From Candidatus Omnitrophota bacterium (GTDB taxonomy: Bacteria > Omnitrophota > Omnitrophia > Omnitrophales > Aquincolibacteriaceae): a stretch of 64,000 nt of DNA. Of the stretch, positions 10,410-19,971 are shown in pieces. The notes beneath the pieces are model-generated. The model was not told where the DNA came from, did not search any database, and saw only the letters and a program-made list of their open reading frames with translations. How positions within the stretch are numbered: the stretch's first letter is position 1; every line of letters starts with the position of its first letter. The stretch spans positions 22,958 through 86,957 of the forward strand of contig CAISGE010000015.1 of assembly GCA_903884815.1 (NCBI GenBank). Direction: 5' to 3'. The position numbers and the translations under genes were made by a program.

Positions 10410-10919
10410 TTAAATTGTGCAGCCTTTCGAGGAGGTTATATCGCCAGGGTTGGCGGGTTCTATCGGTTTGAAGACCATTTGGCATTGCCAATTTATATCA
10501 ACGGAACCATCAAATCCGCCGGAATCATAGCTAACATAATCCCCGGTGTGATCGTTTCTTCCCTCGACCTGGAAGGTAGAGCCAGACACGCTCGCATAGT
10601 ACCGGTACTTCCAATTTTTTGATTTATCAATGCCCGTGAGCCCAAGATCCTGCCAACTCGACTCGTTTTTGTCAAAACCCTCGTCCCAAGGATCCGAACA
10701 AACCTCGAAGACATCTCCCGGGAGTATGTAAGTTCCTTGGAAGTCGTAGTATCTTTCTGCGGCGCGTTTAATGGCGCCGACCATTTGAAGGGCTTCGGCG
10801 GCTTTGGCTTTTTCAGTCTGCATGAGCATGCGGGGTACGATGAGTGACGCCAAAATGGCAATAATGACGACCACGATCAATACTTCAACGAGCGTAAAAC
10901 CTCTCTTCGGATTTTTCAC
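10410..10919 (-). CDS. Type IV pilin-like protein P1 (GCTI subfamily)
   Basis: GTG start after AGGAG; class III signal KRG|FTLVEVLIVVVIIAILASLIVP; C-terminal Cys pair WQC...KGCTI. Confidence 0.9.
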   Translation of the reverse strand: MKNPKRGFTLVEVLIVVVIIAILASLIVPRMLMQTEKAKAAEALQMVGAIKRAAERYYDFQGTYILPGDVFEVCSDPWDEGFDKNESSWQDLGLTGIDKSKNWKYRYYASVSGSTFQVEGRNDHTGDYVSYDSGGFDGSVDINWQCQMVFKPIEPANPGDITSSKGCTI

Positions 10920-10936
10920 AAGATTTCTCCTGAGGA

Positions 10937-11008
10937 ATGACGCGAAACCCCTGTCTGGTGATTCGTCATCCACCTGCTAAAACTGTAGCACGAATTCAGA
11001 AAGGGGGG
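10937..11008 (-). promoter_or_regulatory. Shared pilin promoter/leader motif, copy 1
   Basis: Minus strand CCCCCC...tgcTACAGT-N14-GACGA, and ATGACG-N21-CGTCAT leader hairpin. Confidence 0.7.
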
Positions 11009-11169
11009 AGACGGGCGGGAAACGTGGAAGGGTGAACGTTGAACGATTGAAAGAAGCGGGTGATGCCTCCGTTAACCGTTCCCCTTTTTTTATAAAAGTA
11101 TTCCCCCCGCGGAAGCTCTTGAGTACAATACCCGCGATTTTCTTTTTCTTAAGGTCACGAAAGGCTCTT

Positions 11170-12726
11170 GTGAAAACCCGACATTTGTTTTTATCTTTAA
11201 TGGCTGCTCTGGTTTACGCCTTCGGTCTCACCCCGACTCTCGACCCGGACATGGGGTGGCATTTGGGGACCGGGGAGTGGATTCTCCAACACGGGTTTCC
11301 GAGGACGGATCCTTTTTCCTTCACCGTGGCCGGCCATTTTTGGACTGCTCACGAATGGCTTTCCGAGGTGATCATGCGTCGCCTGTATGGTTTGGGGGGA
11401 TATCCGGCGATGATGATCTCTTTCGCTCTTGTGGGTGTGCTGGTCTTTGGCCTTGTCTACTGGACCTGTCCCCGGAGGCCGTACATTGCCGGGGCCCTTG
11501 CTTTTTTCGCCCTTCTGACGTCCCGTTTTCTCTGGGGTGCCCGCCCGCAGATCTTCAATGTCCTGATGATGGCCGCCTTTCTTCTGCTGATCCAGGGCGT
11601 GAGAATGCGTCGTTTCCACTGGAAGTTCCTCTACACGCTTCCTTTGCTCGTCATGATCTGGGTAAACCTTCACAGCGGGTACCTGCTTGGGCTTGTGGTG
11701 ATGGTCGCTTTTTTGACGGGAGACCTCTTCCAGATCTTTGTACTCCATTCAGAAGAAGGGACCTTGGGAGAAAAAGGTTTGGCGCATTTTTCGGGAATTT
11801 TAATTTTGTGTCTGGCCGCAGTGGGGATGAACCCTACGGGCTATAAGATCCTTCTCTATCCTTTCGAGACCCTTTCCAGCAAGATCATGCAAACGACCAT
11901 TTTGGAGTGGCAGTCGCCGATCTTTCAGCATTGGAACTACTGGCCTTTTCTCGGCGTGATGTCGCTTGGGGCAGCCGCATTTTTACTTTTTCCGCCCAAA
12001 CGCAATATCGCCAATTTTCTGATCTACGCGGGATCCATGGCTATGGGGCTTTTCGCCCGCAGGCACATCCCTTTTTTCGCGGTCGCTGCGATCCCGATGA
12101 TCGCGCTGGCCGTGAGCGAGGGGTTTCCCGTTCCTGCCTGGGTGAACCGGGGGAGTGATGTTGCTCTGACGCAGACCGCAAGAACGTTCCGCTATCTTTT
12201 GAACGTGTTTTTTGCGATGGTCATTTTGGTGGGTGTCTTTTCCTGGACGGGGTATCGCTTGAATCATAATCCATCCGCGATGGAAAAATCATTTCCGGTC
12301 AAGGCGTTCCAATTTATCAAGGGCAATGGGGCTATTGCCCGGCTCAGGATCTATAATGAGTACGTCTGGGGTGGGTACCTGATCTGGAACGGTTTCCCGG
12401 TTTTCATGGATGGGCGCGCGGACCTTTACGGGGGTAAATTCTTTTTCGATTACCTTTTCGCGCATGATCTGCGGGGAGGGGCGGTAGGCATTACGCGCTA
12501 TCTCGACAGCTATGGTGTCGACGGGATCCTCGTTCCTCCGGGAGGAATTTTGGGGAATGCTTTTCTCTCGAATCCGGAATGGCGGCTTGCCTACCGGGAT
12601 TCCACCGCCGTTTTATTTCTTCGCAAGGTGCCTTTTTCCGTACCTCCCGTGACCCAGAGTCCGGAGCGTTTCTATTCGCCGCTGAAAAGTAATAATCTTG
12701 AGGGGCCGAGGCGCCCTCATTCATGA
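11170..12726 (+). CDS. Polytopic membrane protein, putative GT-C-fold glycosyltransferase (paralog 1)
   Basis: DPDMGWHLGTG, HEWLSE, ARPQIF, WVNLHSG, FMDGRADLY; about 11-13 TM segments; GTG start estimated. Confidence 0.6.
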   Translation: MKTRHLFLSLMAALVYAFGLTPTLDPDMGWHLGTGEWILQHGFPRTDPFSFTVAGHFWTAHEWLSEVIMRRLYGLGGYPAMMISFALVGVLVFGLVYWTCPRRPYIAGALAFFALLTSRFLWGARPQIFNVLMMAAFLLLIQGVRMRRFHWKFLYTLPLLVMIWVNLHSGYLLGLVVMVAFLTGDLFQIFVLHSEEGTLGEKGLAHFSGILILCLAAVGMNPTGYKILLYPFETLSSKIMQTTILEWQSPIFQHWNYWPFLGVMSLGAAAFLLFPPKRNIANFLIYAGSMAMGLFARRHIPFFAVAAIPMIALAVSEGFPVPAWVNRGSDVALTQTARTFRYLLNVFFAMVILVGVFSWTGYRLNHNPSAMEKSFPVKAFQFIKGNGAIARLRIYNEYVWGGYLIWNGFPVFMDGRADLYGGKFFFDYLFAHDLRGGAVGITRYLDSYGVDGILVPPGGILGNAFLSNPEWRLAYRDSTAVLFLRKVPFSVPPVTQSPERFYSPLKSNNLEGPRRPHS

Positions 12727-12741
12727 GATCCCATTAAATCT

Positions 12742-14241
12742 ATGACGAAGCGATCGATCTTATTCCTGTTTTTCGTGACGGTTCTCTTCTGCCTGGGGTT
12801 GGTGGAGACGGTGGATTCGGACCTTTGGTGGCATTTGAAGGTGGGTGAATCCGTTTTTACCCACGGGATCCCTCGCGTGGATATTTTTTCATTTACGGCG
12901 GTGGGGCAGCGTTTCATTGATCAGGAGTGGTTGTCTGAAGTGCTCCTTTATTTGATGAACGCCTGGGCCGGAATGCCGGGGCTGATGATCTCTTTCGCGT
13001 TTCTTTCGGTGATCACGTTTGGATGCGTCTATTTCACACGGGCCGGTCTCCCGCTAGTGGGGATCCCGATGACGATCCTCGCGTGTTATTCCTCCAAATT
13101 TCTATGGCAAGCCCGGCCGCAGATCTTCAATATTCTCATGCTCGCCGCGTTGCTCTGGCTCCTTCAAGGCGTTCGGGACCGGAAAAGATCCTGGAGATGG
13201 CTTTACGTGCTTCCGGTCTTGTCGCTTTTTTGGGTCAATATGCACAGCGGGAACTTGATGGGGATCGTGGTGATGGCTCTGGTGCTTGCCTGCGATGCTT
13301 TCCAGGGGGGAGTGCTTCATTCGCGGGCTGAAGGTATCCTCCGGGGCGTCGAAATCAAACATTTTGCCGTCGTTTTTTCTCTCTCCGTGCTGGCATCTCT
13401 TTGCAATCCGGTGGGGTATAAGATCTTCGTTTTTCCTCTTCAGACCCTAAGCACTAAAGAGATACAGTCTTTTATCATGGAATGGCAGTCCCATGATTTT
13501 CACAATCCGTTCGCGTGGGGATTCCTGGTGATGCTCGTGGCCGGTGCGATGAGCCTCATGTTATTTCCGAAGAGGTTGGACCTGGCCACCGCGTTTCTGT
13601 ATGCCGGCTCCATGGCCGGAGCGCTCATGTCGCGCCGTCATTCGCCTTTCTTTTCCGTGGTTGCGACTCCCGTGATGATCCAGATGATCTCAAGCGGGAT
13701 CACTTCCGCCCGGTGGCGGGCATTTCTCTCTCTTGAATTCAGTTGGAATTTCCCAAGAGGGGTGCGCTATGGGGTCTTTTCGCTTCTCGCGGGTTTGATC
13801 TTCGTCGGTTCCTTTGTCTGGAGCCAGCACAAGATCGCGGGATATCATCGCTCGATCTCGCAGTATTTTCCCGTGAAGGCGGTGGAGTTGCTCAAGGGGA
13901 GAGGGTACTCCCCAAAAAGGGTCCTCAACGAATATGCCTGGGGCGGGTATTTGATCTGGAACGGTTTTCCTGTTTTTATTGACGGGCGCACGGAGGTCTA
14001 TGGCGCGCAATTTTTCAAGGATTATTTGGACACGATGGGTTCAAGGGAGTTCTCACCCAAGGTTCGGGGACAGTTGGACCGTTGGGGGATTGAGTATTGC
14101 CTTCTCAATGCACGAAGCCCGCTGCGCAATGCCTTGAAAATGACCGGCGAGTGGCAGGAAGTGTATCAAGATGGCTTGTCCAGCATCGTGATCCGAAAAC
14201 CTCTTCCGCCGGGTTCTGCGGTCAAGCCGGAGGGAAAATGA
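12742..14241 (+). CDS. Polytopic membrane protein, putative GT-C-fold glycosyltransferase (paralog 2)
   Basis: DSDLWWHLKVG, QEWLSE, ARPQIF, WVNMHSG, FIDGRTEVY; clear tandem paralog of the preceding gene. Confidence 0.6.
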   Translation: MTKRSILFLFFVTVLFCLGLVETVDSDLWWHLKVGESVFTHGIPRVDIFSFTAVGQRFIDQEWLSEVLLYLMNAWAGMPGLMISFAFLSVITFGCVYFTRAGLPLVGIPMTILACYSSKFLWQARPQIFNILMLAALLWLLQGVRDRKRSWRWLYVLPVLSLFWVNMHSGNLMGIVVMALVLACDAFQGGVLHSRAEGILRGVEIKHFAVVFSLSVLASLCNPVGYKIFVFPLQTLSTKEIQSFIMEWQSHDFHNPFAWGFLVMLVAGAMSLMLFPKRLDLATAFLYAGSMAGALMSRRHSPFFSVVATPVMIQMISSGITSARWRAFLSLEFSWNFPRGVRYGVFSLLAGLIFVGSFVWSQHKIAGYHRSISQYFPVKAVELLKGRGYSPKRVLNEYAWGGYLIWNGFPVFIDGRTEVYGAQFFKDYLDTMGSREFSPKVRGQLDRWGIEYCLLNARSPLRNALKMTGEWQEVYQDGLSSIVIRKPLPPGSAVKPEGK

Positions 14242-14660
14242 GGGTGGTCGAAGTCGGTTGTGCGATCATTCACAAGAACGGACGGATTTTGATCGCGCAG
14301 AGACATTTACAGGATAGTTTCGGAGGCCTCTGGGAATTCCCGGGAGGCAAGCGGGAAGAGGGCGAAACGATCGAGGCGTGTTTGTCCCGTGAAGCCCAGG
14401 AGGAATTGGGCGTGGGAGTTTATCCCGAGCGCTTGCTGTGCCGGAGAGAGCATGGGAATGAGGACCGCAGGATCTCGCTCTTCTTTTTTTTCTGTAAATG
14501 GGAGAACGGGGCGCCACGGGCGATCGATTGCAAGGATTTCCGCTGGGTGGGTCCGGAGGAGATCCGAAGTTATACTTTCCTTCCCGGGGATCTGGAAGTC
14601 GTGGAGGATCTGATCCTTCACTGGGAAGAGTATTTCAAAACGGCGGAAATGGGCCGATAA
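14238..14660 (+). CDS. mutT: NUDIX hydrolase, MutT-like
   Basis: WEFPGGKREEGETIEACLSREAQEELG Nudix box; ATGA overlap with the upstream stop. Confidence 0.8.
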   Translation: MRVVEVGCAIIHKNGRILIAQRHLQDSFGGLWEFPGGKREEGETIEACLSREAQEELGVGVYPERLLCRREHGNEDRRISLFFFFCKWENGAPRAIDCKDFRWVGPEEIRSYTFLPGDLEVVEDLILHWEEYFKTAEMGR

Positions 14661-14743
14661 TAGGGAAGTCTCTTGCGCTGAGGGACTGGAGATCTGAAAA
14701 GAAACGCGTTCGATATCAAGTGAAAACTGAGTCCCGGAGAAAA

Positions 14744-16591
14744 ATGCCGCTAAGCAAAATGGTGAAAGATCCAAAAAGTTCAGGGGTGTCGCTCAGGAGG
14801 CACGCCTGGCGCCTGCCGCTTCGCTACAAACTAGCGCTTCCGACGCTTGTGCTGATGCTCGGGGTTGTTATCTTTGTTCTTTTTACCACCTTCTCTGTTT
14901 TTCATGAGATGACGGTGAAATACAAGGAGGCGCGTCTCCAGGCGGTCGCCGAGATCTTCGCGGAGACCCTCAAGATTCCGATGGCCGTGGAGGACCAGTC
15001 CTCTCTCCGGGCTTATATCCAGCTGTTGGCCGAGCAGACCGGGGCCGACGAGGTTTGCCTCCGGCGTGCGGACGGAGAGAAGATCAGCGCCGGCCGTTCC
15101 GGGACAACCCACTTCTCCGACATCTCTTACGCTCAGGATTTCTTCGGAGTCAAAAAAGTCGGAGAAGGCGTTTACGCATCGGTGGTCCCCATTCTGAGTG
15201 AGAAAGAGATCCTCGGGCAGCTCATCATTGTTTTTTCGCGAGGCGATTTCGAACGGGAGCTCCGGGAACTTTTTATCGAGAAATTCTTCATCTCTTTCCT
15301 TTTGGTGACGCTGGTGGCGTTCGCCATCGCTGGCTTTACCTGGCTGGCGATGAAACCGCTCACGGCCCTTCAAAAAACGGCACGTAATATTTTGGCCGGG
15401 GATCTTGAGGCGCGCGCCGATATCCATTCCGCGGATGAGATTCAGGAGCTCGGCGAGGCGTTCAATAAAGTGGTCAGCCGCCTTGTGCAAAGCTTTGAAC
15501 ATTTGCGGGCGCGCACGCAGGCCCTTGAGGAATCCGAGGAGAAATACCGTTCGATCGTCAATAACGTGAGCGATATCATTTTTTCGATCACTCCGGAAGG
15601 TGAGCTTTTGATCTTGAATCGCGGGTTCTCCGGGTATTCGCGCGAAGAGATCCTCGCAGAAGGCCTCCCCCTCTTTTTTTCCATGCATGCCCCTGGCGAG
15701 GCGCAGAAATTCCAGGACGCCCTCGAGACGATCATGCGGACCAAGAAACCCGTGGAGCATTTGAGCACCCAGCAGTTCCACCGACTTCACCACGCCGAGA
15801 TCTATTACCAGACCAATCTCACGCCGGTCGTGGATTATGAAGGGAGCCTGCGCTTGATCCAGGGCGTCATGCGCGACGTCACGGACCTGCGGCATGTGGA
15901 AATGATGAAAGAAACCCTGGTCCGCGATGTGGCCCATGAGCTCAAAACCCCCACCGCGAAATTTATCATGACGCTTCCGTGGCTTGAAAAGCAAATGGAA
16001 AACAATTCCGAAAAAGAGAAATTCATGCCGATCATCAAAATGCTCAGCGAGAACGCCGACCGTCTTATGAGGACCATTTCAAGCATCATGGACCTGTCCA
16101 AAGTCGAGTCCGGCATGTCGGATATCCGAAAGCAGGAGATCGATCTCAACGAAGTGTTACGGCTTGTGGTCGATGATATGAGGCCTTTGATCGAACAGCA
16201 TCATCTGAAGCTCGAGACCCGGTTGAGTTCCGGGCCGCTGAAGATGCTCGGTGATCCGGATATGCTTTACCGGGTTTTTGTCAATCTGATCACGAATGCC
16301 GCGAAGTTCACCCCGGACGGGAGCATCACCGTGACGTCCTCGCTCCGCGGAAATGATCTTTGCGCGGAAGTGACGGATACGGGGATCGGGATTGAACCGG
16401 AGAACCTGCAAAAGATCTTCGAAGCGTTTTTCCAAAAAACGCCTTCGACCCTGGGCATAGGGGTCGGGCTGACGATCTCCAAGGAGATCGTGGCGTTGCA
16501 TGAAGGGGAGATCTGGGCCGAAAGCGGCGGTGCGGGCCAGGGGAGTATTTTCAGGGTTATTTTTCCCTCGTATCCGATGTCCGGCAAATAA
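14744..16591 (+). CDS. Sensor histidine kinase (2 TM, HAMP, PAS, HisKA, HATPase)
   Basis: AHELKTP H-box, NLITNAAKF, DTGIGI, GIGVGL; DEIQELGEAFN HAMP. Confidence 0.92.
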   Translation: MPLSKMVKDPKSSGVSLRRHAWRLPLRYKLALPTLVLMLGVVIFVLFTTFSVFHEMTVKYKEARLQAVAEIFAETLKIPMAVEDQSSLRAYIQLLAEQTGADEVCLRRADGEKISAGRSGTTHFSDISYAQDFFGVKKVGEGVYASVVPILSEKEILGQLIIVFSRGDFERELRELFIEKFFISFLLVTLVAFAIAGFTWLAMKPLTALQKTARNILAGDLEARADIHSADEIQELGEAFNKVVSRLVQSFEHLRARTQALEESEEKYRSIVNNVSDIIFSITPEGELLILNRGFSGYSREEILAEGLPLFFSMHAPGEAQKFQDALETIMRTKKPVEHLSTQQFHRLHHAEIYYQTNLTPVVDYEGSLRLIQGVMRDVTDLRHVEMMKETLVRDVAHELKTPTAKFIMTLPWLEKQMENNSEKEKFMPIIKMLSENADRLMRTISSIMDLSKVESGMSDIRKQEIDLNEVLRLVVDDMRPLIEQHHLKLETRLSSGPLKMLGDPDMLYRVFVNLITNAAKFTPDGSITVTSSLRGNDLCAEVTDTGIGIEPENLQKIFEAFFQKTPSTLGIGVGLTISKEIVALHEGEIWAESGGAGQGSIFRVIFPSYPMSGK

Positions 16592-16622
16592 CGAGGATTG
16601 TCTTTTTTATAGGGGAGGCAGC

Positions 16623-16988
16623 ATGAGCAAGAAAATTTTAATCGTCGAGGATGACAGTGATTTTCAGGATATCTATTCTCTCTTTCTCCGGGGGGAGTCC
16701 TATCAGGTGCTGACGGCAGGTAACGGTCAGGAGGGTCTGGAGGCCCTTGAAAAGGAAACGCCCGATCTGATCATCCTGGACCTTATTATGCCCGTGATGG
16801 ATGGAGAAACCTTTTATGTACGCCTCCGCGAACAGTCCAAGTGGAAATCCATCCCGGTTCTTATCGCCAGCGTGAATGACAAGATGCCTGCCCGCATTAC
16901 AGAACTTGGCGGCATTGCCGGCAATCTCAGGAAGCCTTTCCATATCGATACCCTGCTTGGCAAGATCCATGAGTGTTTGAAAGTGTAG
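16623..16988 (+). CDS. Single-domain response regulator
   Basis: KILIVEDD, PDLIILDLIMPVMDG, RKPF. Confidence 0.92.
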   Translation: MSKKILIVEDDSDFQDIYSLFLRGESYQVLTAGNGQEGLEALEKETPDLIILDLIMPVMDGETFYVRLREQSKWKSIPVLIASVNDKMPARITELGGIAGNLRKPFHIDTLLGKIHECLKV

Positions 16989-17131
16989 GGCGAGAGGCGT
17001 ACGGAGTACGGCACTACGGCTCACGGGATTTTCGCCGTACACCTTACACCGCACTCCTTACGCGGATAGACAAATCCCGCGCCCTCGGTTATCATGACTT
17101 CGTGTTTTAATTGTGCGCCTTCCGGAGAGTT

Positions 17132-17390
17132 CCTTGTCCTATCCCAACTTTGCATTTTAAAAGATAAGGGGTAGTTGGGACGGTCCTGATTTATATTTTA
17201 TTTTTCATAATGGTAATCAGGACAGCCCCAATCACAGCTTCACCTTGATTGATTGGAATTGGGACTGCCCCAATTCCAATTTCGTTAAAATTGATAGGTA
17301 TTGGGACTATCCTTGTCTTTGATTTGTTTCTGGAGGGTGACAAGGATTGCCCCAATTTCCGCTTTGCGGAAATTAATAGGAATTGGGACT
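17132..17390. repeat. Cluster of alternating-orientation TTGGGACNRYCC palindromic units (BIME/REPIN-like)
   Basis: About 7-8 related units forming consecutive hairpins; the last unit abuts the ATG at 17391. Confidence 0.75.
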
Positions 17391-18485
17391 ATGGATGAGA
17401 AAGATCGTCTTTTATTGACCCATCTTCAGAGCGGGCTCCCGCTAACGCCCCGGCCTTTTGCCACTTGGGCGGCGAAGCTCGGGACAGACAGCGCCGACCT
17501 GCTGGTGCGCATTCAGCGCCTTAAAAAAGAAGGGACTTTGGGGGGGGTGAAGGCGGTTCTCGACGCGCGCATCTTCCATTACCAAAGCGCTTGGGTTGCG
17601 CTACGGTTTGGCACAGAAGATCTCGCGAGCCGCACAGAAGTCCTTTGGCAGCATCCGGGGGTGACCTACGGCTGCGAGAGGGAGCACGAGTTCAACGTCT
17701 GGCTCTTTATTTCGGCTCCCGAGAATCATGATCTTGAGCTTCATGTCCGTTGCCTTGCAAAGATCTCCGGTGCGGAGAAAGTTCTGTTCCTGCCCGTGCG
17801 GCGTGTGTACAAAGGAACGGATCTTCTCAGTTCTCTGGGCCCCGAAACATTTTCTGAGATGGACGAGCGCTTCGAAAAACGTCAGCCGGGTCATGGGGCG
17901 GAGTTGACGACCGAGGACATCGATATGATACGGCGGCTTCAAGAGCCGTTTCCGCTCACGGATGAACCTTATCAAAAGATCGCTGCGGATCTCGGGATCA
18001 CGGAGTTTCAGGCGATTGAGCAGATGAAGTCTCTTGTCGCGAAAAAATGTCTCAAGAGGATTGGAAGTTTCTTGAAACCTGTTGGGCGGATCGGACAGGA
18101 GCATCAAGCTCCTGCCGAAGCCGTGCTGAAGGATTGGCCTTCAGTGAAAGTCCCGGGAGCCGGGAACCTGGTGGTCTGGCAGATCCCCGAGGAAAAACTG
18201 GAGCGAAGCGGGCCCGAGATCGCCGCATTCCGCGAGGTGATTTACGCGGACCGTCGGCCGGCCTATCCGGAATTCCCGTACTCGCTTTATACGACGATCC
18301 GGGCTGAAACACCCGAGGCCCTTGAATTGATCACAAGACGCATGCAGGACCGGATCGGGAAATGGCCGCACCGGGTGATGGTGACGACCCGGGAGCTTAA
18401 GAAAACCGGGATGAAATACTTTCCGAAAGAATTGGACGCGTGGTGGCAGCAAAACCGGCATATAAATGAGACCGCATTTAACTGA
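17391..18485 (+). CDS. Fused AhbA-AhbB / NirDL-like Lrp/AsnC-fold protein, degenerate active-site motifs
   Basis: Two repeats: DRLLLTHLQSGLPLTPRPFATWAAKLG and MIRRLQEPFPLTDEPYQKIAADLG; EFNVWLF and FPYSLYT segments. Confidence 0.75.
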   Translation: MDEKDRLLLTHLQSGLPLTPRPFATWAAKLGTDSADLLVRIQRLKKEGTLGGVKAVLDARIFHYQSAWVALRFGTEDLASRTEVLWQHPGVTYGCEREHEFNVWLFISAPENHDLELHVRCLAKISGAEKVLFLPVRRVYKGTDLLSSLGPETFSEMDERFEKRQPGHGAELTTEDIDMIRRLQEPFPLTDEPYQKIAADLGITEFQAIEQMKSLVAKKCLKRIGSFLKPVGRIGQEHQAPAEAVLKDWPSVKVPGAGNLVVWQIPEEKLERSGPEIAAFREVIYADRRPAYPEFPYSLYTTIRAETPEALELITRRMQDRIGKWPHRVMVTTRELKKTGMKYFPKELDAWWQQNRHINETAFN

Positions 18486-18553
18486 GCGCAACGGTCAACG
18501 CTCAACGTGAAACATTTTTTTAATCGTTGTGCGTTGTGCGTCGTGCGTTGAGC
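18486..18553. repeat. Heptamer-periodic inverted repeat
   Basis: gcgcaac ggtcaac gctcaac ... gttgtgc gttgtgc gtcgtgc gttgagc. Confidence 0.75.
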
Positions 18554-18570
18554 CTGCTTTAAGGAGTATC

Positions 18571-19932
18571 ATGGCTTTTCGAGACGAGTGGTTAGCAAAA
18601 CGAGAAAAAGACACGAACCGTTCGCAGATGCATTATGCCCGGCGGGGGATCGTGACGGAAGAGATGGCTTTTGTGGCGGCCGACGAGAAGCTCTCACCGG
18701 AATTTATCCGCTCCGAGGTTGCGGCGGGGAGGCTCGTGATTTGCGCGAACGTGAATCACCGTGATCTCCGGCCCATGGGGATCGGGATTGGCGTTCGCTG
18801 CAAGATCAACGCGAATCTTGGGAATTCGGCGCTGGGTTCGGACATTCAGGCGGAAGTCGAGAAGGTCGGGCTCGCGGTCCGGTTCGGTGCGGATACAGTC
18901 ATGGATCTTTCGACCGGGAAACAGCTGGATGAGACCCGCGAAGCGATCATTCGCGCGACCATTGTGCCGGTGGGGACGGTGCCGATCTATGAAGCGCTGG
19001 AGCGCGTGAACGGAAAGCCGGAGGCTTTGACCCCCGAGATCATGTTCGAAGTAATCGAGCATCAGGCAAAACAGGGTGTGGATTTCATGACAATCCACGC
19101 TGGGGTGCTCCTGGAACATTTGCCGATGATCGAAACCCGGGTGACGGGCGTCGTGAGCCGGGGCGGGGCAATCCTCGCGAGGTGGTGCAAATTCCATCAG
19201 AAGCAAAATTTTCTTTTCAGCCATTACGATCGTTTGCTTGAGATCTGCAAAAAATACGACGTTACGATCAGCCTCGGGGACGGGATGCGGCCGGGTTGCC
19301 TCGCGGACGCGAGCGACAAGGCTCAGTTCGCGGAGCTTGATGCGCTTGGGGTGCTGACGCTAAAGGCCTGGGAGCAGGACGTGCAGGTGATGGTGGAAGG
19401 TCCGGGGCATGTGCCGATGGACCAGATCCCGATGAATATAGAGCGCCAGATCAAGGTCTGCCACGGAGCGCCTTTTTATGTGCTCGGGCCTCTTGTGACT
19501 GATATTGGAGCCGGCTACGATCACATTACTTCCGCGATCGGTGCTGCGATCGCTGCTCAGGCCGGTGCGGCGATGCTGTGTTACGTGACGCCGTGCGAGC
19601 ATCTGTGTTTGCCGAATCTCGATGATGTGAAGCAAGGCGTGATTGCCTACAAGATCGCAGCGCACGCAGCGGATATTGCGCGGCACCGTCCCGGCGCGCG
19701 CGACCGGGATGACGAAATGGCCCGGGCTCGGTTCGCCTTTGATTGGGAAAAACAGTTTGCTTTGACGCTTGATCCGGAGAATGCGAAAAAAAGGCACGAC
19801 GAAGCGCTTCCCGAGGGCGAGGCAAGGAATGCCGAATACTGTTCTATGTGCGGTGAGGGCTTTTGCGCCATGAATCTTTCGCAATGCCTGACCGATGCCG
19901 GGAAAAAGAAACAGGCTCTGAAGAAAAAATAA
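18571..19932 (+). CDS. thiC: Phosphomethylpyrimidine synthase
   Basis: [33 protein letters not shown], CYVTPxEH, CSMCG; AAGGAG RBS. Confidence 0.97.
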   Translation: MAFRDEWLAKREKDTNRSQMHYARRGIVTEEMAFVAADEKLSPEFIRSEVAAGRLVICANVNHRDLRPMGIGIGVRCKINANLGNSALGSDIQAEVEKVGLAVRFGADTVMDLSTGKQLDETREAIIRATIVPVGTVPIYEALERVNGKPEALTPEIMFEVIEHQAKQGVDFMTIHAGVLLEHLPMIETRVTGVVSRGGAILARWCKFHQKQNFLFSHYDRLLEICKKYDVTISLGDGMRPGCLADASDKAQFAELDALGVLTLKAWEQDVQVMVEGPGHVPMDQIPMNIERQIKVCHGAPFYVLGPLVTDIGAGYDHITSAIGAAIAAQAGAAMLCYVTPCEHLCLPNLDDVKQGVIAYKIAAHAADIARHRPGARDRDDEMARARFAFDWEKQFALTLDPENAKKRHDEALPEGEARNAEYCSMCGEGFCAMNLSQCLTDAGKKKQALKKK

Positions 19933-19971
19933 CCCCGGACACACCGGGTGTGGACAAGGGATGATCGGAAA

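Noticed and set aside
17132-17390. CRISPR array
   Set aside because: Units alternate in orientation, are degenerate and short-spaced; no cas genes in the window.
17060-18570. TPP riboswitch upstream of thiC
   Set aside because: No CTGAGA...ACCTGA...AGCGTAGG-type core was found.
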